64,000 bases of DNA from Actinomycetota bacterium. GTDB taxonomy: Bacteria > Actinomycetota > Acidimicrobiia > Acidimicrobiales > JACCXE01. Location of the stretch: assembly GCA_041166405.1 (NCBI GenBank), contig JBEEFV010000013.1, forward strand, positions 21,927 to 85,926. Direction: 5' to 3'. Shown one piece after another: positions 1 through 6,234 of the stretch; the stretch's first letter is position 1; every line of letters begins with the position of its first letter. The notes under the pieces are model-generated. The model was not told where the DNA came from and made no database searches. It saw only the letters and a list, made by a program, of their open reading frames with translations. Position numbers and translations under genes: made by a program.

Positions 1-352
1 GCGCCTGGCGTGGTGTTTGAACGCTGTGGCCCAGGTGCAGCTTGGCGTCCCAGATCGGATACCAGATGCGGTTGGCGATGTCGTCGATGTCGGAGCGCCC
101 GGTGTGGACGAGCATCACGTCGATGTCGCTGCCGGGGGCGAGTTCGGCTCGCCCGTAACCACCGACGGCGACGAGCGCGACGCCCTTCTCGTCGTCGGTC
201 GCCGCCTTGAGCAACCGCTCCAACCACCCGTCGACCAACTCGCTGTAGGCCGCGCACCACGCCGCGCCGGTGCGCGACGTGTCGGCCAACAGCGGCGCCC
301 GATCGAGTTCCACCGACCCAGCGTATGGAGCTATCCGCGGAAAAAAGGCCAC
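1..352 (-). CDS. glnD: PII uridylyl/adenylyl-transferase GlnD, N-terminal part. The gene starts inside the window and continues past position 1.
   Basis: This ORF is absent from the ORF track because it runs off the window. The reverse-complement translation of 1-313 reads VELDRAPLLADTSRTGAAWCAAYSELVDGWLERLLKAATDDEKGVALVAVGGYGRAELAPGSDIDVMLVHTGRSDIDDIANRIWYPIWDAKLHLGHSVQTPRQA. GGYGRxELxPxSDID..L.H is the GlnD nucleotidyltransferase motif. The frame opens after a TGA at about 362, and candidate GTG starts lie at 352 or 313. Confidence 0.7.
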   Translation of the reverse strand, partial: MAFFPRIAPYAGSVELDRAPLLADTSRTGAAWCAAYSELVDGWLERLLKAATDDEKGVALVAVGGYGRAELAPGSDIDVMLVHTGRSDIDDIANRIWYPIWDAKLHLGHSVQTPRQA

Positions 353-363
353 GGACGCGTCAG

Positions 364-401
364 TTCACATTGCCGAAACGGAAAGCAAACGAAAGCGAAA
401 T
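364..401. promoter_or_regulatory. Candidate GlnR box (a1-b1-a2-b2 arrangement) in the glnD/amtB divergent intergenic region
   Basis: The site reads TTCAC-attgcc-GAAAC-ggaaag-CAAAC-gaaagc-GAAAT. These are four 5-mers with 6-nt spacers, resembling the actinomycete GlnR consensus gTnAc-n6-GaAAc repeated twice. It lies about 100 nt upstream of the amtB start, in the most AT-rich stretch of this region. Confidence 0.4.
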
Positions 402-500
402 GCGACCTCCGTACGTTGCCCGTGCATGATCCGAACACGCATATCGCGACTCAAAGAGAAGGACACGCGCAAGCTGATCCTGATCTACGCCACAGGAAAG

Positions 501-2012
501 ATGCTCGGCGTCGCCGCCATGTTCGCGGCGATCAAGGGCATCGCCTGGTTCCTACCCACCGCGGCCGGCGCTGCCGACCTCAAGACACTGCACGAAACGA
601 CCGCGCAGATTCACACCTCCATCAGCGCGATCAACACCGCGTGGGTGCTGGTGACCGCGTTCCTCGTGTTCTTCATGCAAGCGGGCTTCATGGGACTCGA
701 AATCGGCTTCGCCCGGTCGAAGGAAACCGTGAACATCCTCATGGAGTGCGTGTTCGACACGTGCCTGTGCGGGATCCTCTACTGGGCGTTCGGCTTCGCG
801 TTCCAGTTCGGCGCCGGCAACGCGTTCATCGGCCACAACTACTTCTTCCTGCACGGCGCGCCGAACGTCTACAACTACGGCGGTGTGGGCGGCGGTGTGT
901 CGTACAACACCGGCGTCGCGTTCCTCGCGTTCTTCCTCTTCCAGTTCGCCTTCGCGGACACGGCGTCGACGATCACGTCAGGGGCCATGCTCGGACGCAC
1001 GAGCTTCAAGGGCGACATCCTGTATTCGGCGTGCGTCTCGGGCTTCTTCTATCCGATCTTCGGCCACTGGGCATGGGGTCCGGGTGGGTGGTTGCAGAAC
1101 CTGCACACCAGCGCCTTCTCCTTCATCCACAAGGGCATCTTCTTCCGTGACTTCGCCGGCTCAACGGTGGTGCACACCGTCGGCGGGGTGATCGCCCTTA
1201 CCGGCGCCATGGTGCTCGGGCCCCGTCTCGGGCGGAAGTTCAAGCGCGACGGAGGTGGCCCCACGCCACCGAGCGACCTCGTGTGGGGCGCCATCGGCGG
1301 CGTGATCCTGTGGTTCGGCTGGTACGGGTTCAACCCCGGCTCGACGTTGGCGGCGACCGACTTCACCGGCATCGCGCGGGTCGCGGCCAACACCACGCTC
1401 GCCGCAGCTGCCGGCGGCATGGTCGCTGTGTTCTTCGTCTATCCACGGTCGAAGAAGTGGGACCTCGGCATGTCGGTCAACGGGTTCCTCGGCGGCCTCG
1501 TCGCCATCACCGCCCCGTGCTACTTCGTGAGTCCGGGCTACGCGGTGCTGATCGGTGCGATCGCCGGCATCGTCGTGCCGCTTGCCGTCGACGCCATGGA
1601 GCATTTGCGGATCGACGACCCGATCGGTGCCGTCGCCGTGCACATGTGCTGCGGCGTCTGGGGCACGCTGAGCATCGGGTTGTTTGCCGACGAGCAGTAT
1701 CTCAGCGGGGTGAAGGGCCTCTTCAACGGCGGCGGCACGCAGCAGCTGATGGCGCAGGCCATCGGTAGCGCCGCGTGTCTCGTGATCATCGGCGGGCTCT
1801 CCTACATCGTGTTCCGGATCATCGCGACGCTGCCCGGTTCGTGGAACCTGCGACTCGAAGAAGACCTCGAGCTCGAAGGCATCGACATCACCGAGCACGG
1901 CACGCCGGCGTACCACGTCGAGTTCGGCCAAGGTATGACGTACACGACGCCGACCGGACTGCCACCTCGCGCACCGACCTCCGTGCCGGCGCCGCAGAAA
2001 GTCGAGGTGTAA
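501..2012 (+). CDS. amtB: Ammonium transporter AmtB
   Basis: This is the 270..2012 ORF trimmed to the ATG at 501, which is preceded by AGGAAAG. The N-terminus MLGVAAMFAAIKGIAWFLPTAAGAAD looks like a signal peptide. Amt motifs present include AWVLVTAFLVFFMQAGF, FAGSTVVH.VGG and WFGWYGFNPGS. GlnK follows 3 nt downstream. Confidence 0.9.
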   Translation: MLGVAAMFAAIKGIAWFLPTAAGAADLKTLHETTAQIHTSISAINTAWVLVTAFLVFFMQAGFMGLEIGFARSKETVNILMECVFDTCLCGILYWAFGFAFQFGAGNAFIGHNYFFLHGAPNVYNYGGVGGGVSYNTGVAFLAFFLFQFAFADTASTITSGAMLGRTSFKGDILYSACVSGFFYPIFGHWAWGPGGWLQNLHTSAFSFIHKGIFFRDFAGSTVVHTVGGVIALTGAMVLGPRLGRKFKRDGGGPTPPSDLVWGAIGGVILWFGWYGFNPGSTLAATDFTGIARVAANTTLAAAAGGMVAVFFVYPRSKKWDLGMSVNGFLGGLVAITAPCYFVSPGYAVLIGAIAGIVVPLAVDAMEHLRIDDPIGAVAVHMCCGVWGTLSIGLFADEQYLSGVKGLFNGGGTQQLMAQAIGSAACLVIIGGLSYIVFRIIATLPGSWNLRLEEDLELEGIDITEHGTPAYHVEFGQGMTYTTPTGLPPRAPTSVPAPQKVEV

Positions 2013-2015
2013 GCG

Positions 2016-2357
2016 ATGCCCTATCTCGTGACCGCCATCATCAAGCCGTTCAAGCTCGAAGAGGTCAAAGAGAACCTGCGGGCCGCCGGCATGCTCGGTC
2101 TCACCGTGAGCGAAGTGAGCGGCTACGGCCGCCAAGGCGGCAAGACCGAACAGTTCCGCGGCACCGAATACAAGATGGAGTTCGTGCCCAAGGTCAAGAT
2201 CGAAGTCTTGGTGTCGAGCACTGAAGTCGACAAAGTCGTCGACCTCATCGCATCGTCGGCGCACACGGGCAAGGTCGGCGACGGCAAGATCTGGGCCGTC
2301 GACCTGAGCCGTCTCATGCGCATCCGCACCAACGAACAAGGTGACGACGCGATCTAA
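2016..2357 (+). CDS. glnK: Nitrogen regulatory protein P-II (GlnK)
   Basis: The product is 113 aa: MPYLVTAIIKPFKLEEVKENL...GYGRQGGKTEQFRGTEYKMEFVPKVKIEVLV...TGKVGDGKIWAVDL. The T-loop Tyr (GTEYK) is present. The gene sits immediately after amtB. Confidence 0.95.
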   Translation: MPYLVTAIIKPFKLEEVKENLRAAGMLGLTVSEVSGYGRQGGKTEQFRGTEYKMEFVPKVKIEVLVSSTEVDKVVDLIASSAHTGKVGDGKIWAVDLSRLMRIRTNEQGDDAI

Positions 2358-2371
2358 AGCCCGAACCCTCG

Positions 2372-2424
2372 CCGAACTGGGCGCGTTAGATCGTGGTTTC
2401 CACGACCTGGCGCGCCCAGTTCGT
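2372..2424. terminator. Hairpin element, copy A (16-bp stem 2374-2389/2407-2422, 17-nt loop); member of the CGAACTGG-N35-CCAGTTCG family
   Basis: The sequence is CCGAACTGGGCGCGTTAG-atcgtggtttccacgac-CTGGCGCGCCCAGTTCG. It starts 15 nt after the glnK stop. It is 44/51 identical to the copy at 49072-49122. Confidence 0.6.
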
Positions 2425-2560
2425 TTATCGTGGCGGCGGCGAGCAGGTCGCCTCCGGTCCGCGGACAGGGCAGAGCCCACCTGAGATGTGCAGTGCAGAC
2501 AGAGTCCAACGCCTCCTTTCTGCTCGGTGATGCGGACCACCGGCGCCGAAAGGAGTCGCG

Positions 2561-3913
2561 TTGTCGACCGTCCAAACCATTCCGCTCCCCGAGCGAGCCA
2601 ATCTCGAGCAGCTCAAGAAGCGCGCCAAGGAGATTGCCGCTGAGTTGAAGGTGCCGCTGAGCGAGGCGCAGTTCCACATGGCGCAGGGCTACGGCTTCGC
2701 GTCGTGGCCCAAGCTGAAGCACCACGTCGAGCTCGTGATGGAACTCACCCGCGTGCCCGAAGGCGACAGCTTCCTCGCGCTGGCGTGCTATCCCGACGGC
2801 GTACGCGAACGCACCGAGCGCGCGGCCGCCATGCTTGCCGACGACCCGTCGTTGCGCGCGCGCGACATCTGGCACGCCGCCGCGTGCGCCAACGCCGACG
2901 GCATCGCTGGCGAAGAGAACGCCCTCGGCGGCCCGTTCGCGTGGGCGCCTTTGCTGTACCTCTGCTACTCGCGCATCGCGGCGTCGGAGTCAGACGTGCT
3001 GGCGACGGCGACGAAGTTGCTCGACGCCGGCGCCGATCCCAACGCCGGCTACCTGTGGCACGGATTGGTCCCGCCGTTCACCGCGTTGACCGGCGTGCTC
3101 GGCGAGGGCGAGTCCGACGACCCGGCGCACGAGTGGTGGGAACCGCTGGCGCGGCTACTGCTCGAACGCGGTGCGAACGCCAACGACGCGCAAGGCCTGT
3201 ACAACCGCCAGTTCCGCCGTGGCACCGCGCACTTCGAGTTGCTGTTCGAGTTCGGCCTTGGGGAGGGCGACGGCGGCCCCTGGAAGCGGCGCCTGGGCGA
3301 CCAGATGGAGTCGCCGTCCGAGATGGTGCAGCACCAACTGCGCTGGGCGATCCATCACAACCACCTCGACCGCGTGCAGCTGTTCGTCGACCGAGGTGTC
3401 GACCTCACCACGCCCTTCGACGGCACGCCGGCGTGGGCGCATCAGGCCGCGGGCAAAACGCCGCTCGAATGGGCGACGTTGTGCGGGCACACCGAGATCG
3501 TTGAGTTGCTGGCGGCGAGTGGCGCGGTCGGGAGCGAACTCGCGCCCGTCGACAGGTTCGTCGCCGACGTGATGGCGGGGCGCACGCCGAGCGGCGACGC
3601 GACGGCGGCGCGCGCGGCGCGCCCGTCGCTCGTGGTGCAAGCCGCGGCGACCAGCCGCTCGGACGCCGTCCGCGTCGCCGTCGAGCAGGGCTTCGACGTC
3701 AACGCGCTCGGCCGCGCCGACGCACCCGTCGAGCAACCCTGGCAAACGGCGCTGCACACCGCGGTCGAGCGCAATGACGCTGCGATGGTGCGTTTGCTGC
3801 TGGAGCTCGGAGCCGATCGGTCGATCGAAGACGCGCGGTTCCATGCGACGCCGCTGGGGTGGGCGGAGCACTTCGGTCACGAGGACATCGCCGCATTGTT
3901 ACGTTCGGACTGA
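2561..3913 (+). CDS. Ankyrin-repeat protein
   Basis: The start is TTG, preceded by AAAGGAG. Several ANK-like units are present, for example TPLEWATLCGHTEIVELLAASGA and TALHTAVERNDAAMVRLLLELGADRSIEDARFHATPLGWAEHFGHEDIAALL. The N-terminal LEQLKKRAKE...AQGYGFASWPKLKHHVE motif is common in actinobacterial ANK proteins. Confidence 0.8.
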   Translation: MSTVQTIPLPERANLEQLKKRAKEIAAELKVPLSEAQFHMAQGYGFASWPKLKHHVELVMELTRVPEGDSFLALACYPDGVRERTERAAAMLADDPSLRARDIWHAAACANADGIAGEENALGGPFAWAPLLYLCYSRIAASESDVLATATKLLDAGADPNAGYLWHGLVPPFTALTGVLGEGESDDPAHEWWEPLARLLLERGANANDAQGLYNRQFRRGTAHFELLFEFGLGEGDGGPWKRRLGDQMESPSEMVQHQLRWAIHHNHLDRVQLFVDRGVDLTTPFDGTPAWAHQAAGKTPLEWATLCGHTEIVELLAASGAVGSELAPVDRFVADVMAGRTPSGDATAARAARPSLVVQAAATSRSDAVRVAVEQGFDVNALGRADAPVEQPWQTALHTAVERNDAAMVRLLLELGADRSIEDARFHATPLGWAEHFGHEDIAALLRSD

Positions 3914-4335
3914 TGGAACTCGCCGATGCTCTCGAACACGCCCGCGCGCACAACCAGGGCGTGTTGATCACCCATCGCAAGGACGGGCGGGCGCAACCGT
4001 CCAACATCGTGCACGTGGTCGGCGACGACGGGCTCATCCGCATTTCGGTGACGGAAACGCGGGCCAAGACGAAGAACCTGCGGCGCGACCCGCGCTGTGA
4101 GCTGTACGTCGTGGGAGACAACTTCTGGAAGTACCTCGTGCTCGACGCGGAGTGCGAACTGTCACCGGTCGCGACCGATCCGAACGACGCCACCGCCGAG
4201 GAATTGGTCGCCTACTACCGGGCGGTGCGCGGCGAGCACGAAAACTGGGACGAGTACCGCCAGAACATGGTCGACGACCAGCGGCTCGTGGCGCGGCTGC
4301 GCCCGTCACGCGCCTACGGGATGTGGACCGCGTAA
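3913..4335 (+). CDS. PPOX-class (pyridoxamine 5'-phosphate oxidase-like), probable F420-dependent enzyme
   Basis: The ATG at 3913 overlaps the ankyrin stop (TGATG). The sequence MELADALEHARAHNQGVLITHRKDGRAQPSNIVHVVGDDGLIRISVTETRAKTKNLRRDPRCELYV resembles the split-barrel PPOX/F420 family. The assignment is by resemblance only. Confidence 0.65.
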   Translation: MELADALEHARAHNQGVLITHRKDGRAQPSNIVHVVGDDGLIRISVTETRAKTKNLRRDPRCELYVVGDNFWKYLVLDAECELSPVATDPNDATAEELVAYYRAVRGEHENWDEYRQNMVDDQRLVARLRPSRAYGMWTA

Positions 4336-4435
4336 TTACCCGGCCAATCCGCGCACTAAACGCGTCAATTGTTCGCAAGAATGGGCGATCCGCTGCGTTC
4401 TCGTGCTGCAACGTTCAATAGCTGAGGGAGCTTTC

Positions 4436-5254
4436 ATGCGTTCTGTTCTGACCACCGCGCGCCGCGTTCTGCCGGCGCTTGCCCTGGTAGGAGCCTTCAT
4501 CGGCGCCGTCCCCGCCGCCGGGAGCGCACCTCTGCCCGTCGCCTCCGGCGGCCGCCTGCTGCCCGTCGACCCGCACGCCGTGCTGCCGACGCGCCACGCC
4601 GACGTGCAGAGCCTCAACTGGTCCGGCTACGCCGCCATCGCGCCGGCGGGTCAGAAGATCACCGACGTCACGCAAAACTGGACGGTGCCGACGGTCAAGA
4701 ACGCGCCCGCCGGGTTCTCGTCGACGTGGGCCGGCATCGGTGGTTACAACACGCAGGACCTGATCCAAGCCGGCACCGAGTCCGACACCGCGCAGACGCC
4801 ATACGCCTGGTACGAGATCCTCCCCGCGAGCGAAACGCCGATCACGTCGGGTTGCGTCGGCGACAACGCCTGCACCGTCCGCCCCGGCGACAAGATGACC
4901 GTCACCATTCACAGCACCGGCGGCACCGGCTGGAACATCTCGATGAAGAACATCGGCCGCTGGACGTGGTCGCTGAACCTGAACTACCCGTCGACGTTCT
5001 CGTCGGCCGAGTGGATCCTCGAAGCACCGACGGTGGGCGCGCAGACCGTGCTCGCCAACGTCGGCACGCAGCTGTTCACCGGCGTCAACAACTACGTCGT
5101 CAACGGCGTGACCAAGAACATCAAGCAGGGCAACTCGGTGCGCATCCTGCTCAGCCCCGGTCTGCTGAACGAAGCAACGCCGTCGGCGCTCAACTCGACG
5201 GGCGACCGCTTCAACGACTGCGCCTACAAGCAGTCCTGCGCCGCCCCGGCGTAA
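4436..5254 (+). CDS. Secreted peptidase, family G1 (eqolisin / Peptidase_A4-like glutamic peptidase)
   Basis: The ATG at 4436 follows GAGGGAG. The signal peptide is MRSVLTTARRVLPALALVGAFIGAVPAAGSA. G1 hallmarks are SLNWSGYA, WAGIGGY...DLIQAGTE (candidate catalytic Gln), YAWYEILP and SAEWILEAP (candidate catalytic Glu). Confidence 0.75.
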   Translation: MRSVLTTARRVLPALALVGAFIGAVPAAGSAPLPVASGGRLLPVDPHAVLPTRHADVQSLNWSGYAAIAPAGQKITDVTQNWTVPTVKNAPAGFSSTWAGIGGYNTQDLIQAGTESDTAQTPYAWYEILPASETPITSGCVGDNACTVRPGDKMTVTIHSTGGTGWNISMKNIGRWTWSLNLNYPSTFSSAEWILEAPTVGAQTVLANVGTQLFTGVNNYVVNGVTKNIKQGNSVRILLSPGLLNEATPSALNSTGDRFNDCAYKQSCAAPA

Positions 5255-5270
5255 ACCACTTCTCTTCCTT

Positions 5271-5330
5271 CGAACTGGTCCTCCCCAGCACCGCCAGACG
5301 GTGATGGGGAGGACCAGTTCGCGTTTTTCG
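5271..5330 (+). terminator. Intrinsic terminator; hairpin element copy C (16-bp stem 5272-5287/5305-5320, 17-nt loop) followed by a T5 run
   Basis: The sequence is CGAACTGGTCCTCCCCA-gcaccgccagacggtga-TGGGGAGGACCAGTTCG-cgTTTTTcg. It starts 17 nt after the peptidase stop. It has the same termini and geometry as copies A and B. Confidence 0.7.
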
Positions 5331-5337
5331 ACACACT

Positions 5338-6231
5338 GTGGCCATGGCCACTCTCGACTGGTACGGCTGTGCGACCTTCCGCCTGAAGGCTGCCGGCCTC
5401 ACGATCTTCCTCGACGCGTACATCGACCGTGCGCCGGGCGCACCGGGCTCGGGCCTCTCGGCGGCCGATGTCACCGAGTGCGACTGGATCGTGATCGGTC
5501 ACTCGCACTTCGATCATCTGTCTGGTGCCGAGGTGATCATGGCGAACACCAACGCCACCCTCATCGGGAGTTACGAGACGGTGCGCGTACTCGAGGCCGC
5601 GGGCGTGCCCGTGGATCGGATGCTGTGCGTTTCCGGCGGAGAGACGGTCGATCTTGGCAACGGCGCTCGCGTCAGCGTCCACCCGAGCGTGCACAGCTGC
5701 GTGTGGGCGTCGGGCAAGACCCAGCCCGACGAAGTGTGCCTCGGCGACGTCGGCTTGTCATTGCAAGAACAGAAGGAGCGCATGGCGCAGTTCGGTCGCG
5801 GCATGCAGAACGCCATGGACGCCGGCGCCATCGAGCACCTACTGGGCTCGATGACCGCGCACAGCAACCGCGGCGACGGCGGCGCGCTGCTGTACCTCTT
5901 CGAGCTGCCGGAGGGAACGCTGCTGTATCAGGACACGAGCGGACACTGGACCGGCATCGTCGACGGCCTGCACGCCGATGTCGCCATCGTGGCGGCCGCC
6001 GGGCGCGCCAACGTCGACGGCGAGCCGATCCAAGGCGCGCTGGCGGAGTTCGTCGCCGACCACGTCGCCCGCGTACAGCCGCGGCGAGTCGTGCTCAGCC
6101 ATCACGACAACTGGCTGCCCGGCTTCTCCGTCGACACCGACGTCGCCCCGATCCACGCGGCGATCAAGGCGCGCTGCCCCGAGGTAGAAGTGCTCGACCT
6201 CGAGTACGTCGACGCGACGACGATCCTGTAG
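5338..6231 (+). CDS. MBL-fold metallo-hydrolase
   Basis: The sequence WIVIGHSHFDHLSG carries the HxHxDH motif. The beta-lactamase-fold context includes DWYGCATFRLKAAGLTIFLDAY. The start could be 5338 or the ATG at 5344. Confidence 0.8.
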   Translation: MAMATLDWYGCATFRLKAAGLTIFLDAYIDRAPGAPGSGLSAADVTECDWIVIGHSHFDHLSGAEVIMANTNATLIGSYETVRVLEAAGVPVDRMLCVSGGETVDLGNGARVSVHPSVHSCVWASGKTQPDEVCLGDVGLSLQEQKERMAQFGRGMQNAMDAGAIEHLLGSMTAHSNRGDGGALLYLFELPEGTLLYQDTSGHWTGIVDGLHADVAIVAAAGRANVDGEPIQGALAEFVADHVARVQPRRVVLSHHDNWLPGFSVDTDVAPIHAAIKARCPEVEVLDLEYVDATTIL

Positions 6232-6234
6232 CGC

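Noticed and set aside
2372-2424. Interpretation of the CGAACTGG...CCAGTTCG hairpins as MITEs or other mobile elements.
   Set aside because: I saw no target-site duplications, no flanking direct repeats, and no transposase or integrase anywhere in the window. At 51 nt, and always positioned just after stop codons, they fit a structured 3'-end or REP-like element better. They are therefore reported as a hairpin family only.
1161-2540. A 459-aa minus-strand ORF antisense to amtB and glnK, plus the 17..1150 + 377-aa ORF overlapping glnD and amtB.
   Set aside because: These are Arg/Ala/Gly/Pro-rich, low-complexity translations typical of off-frame or antisense reading of very GC-rich coding DNA. 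I recognised no motifs. The opposite or other frame carries unmistakable AmtB, GlnK and GlnD motifs.
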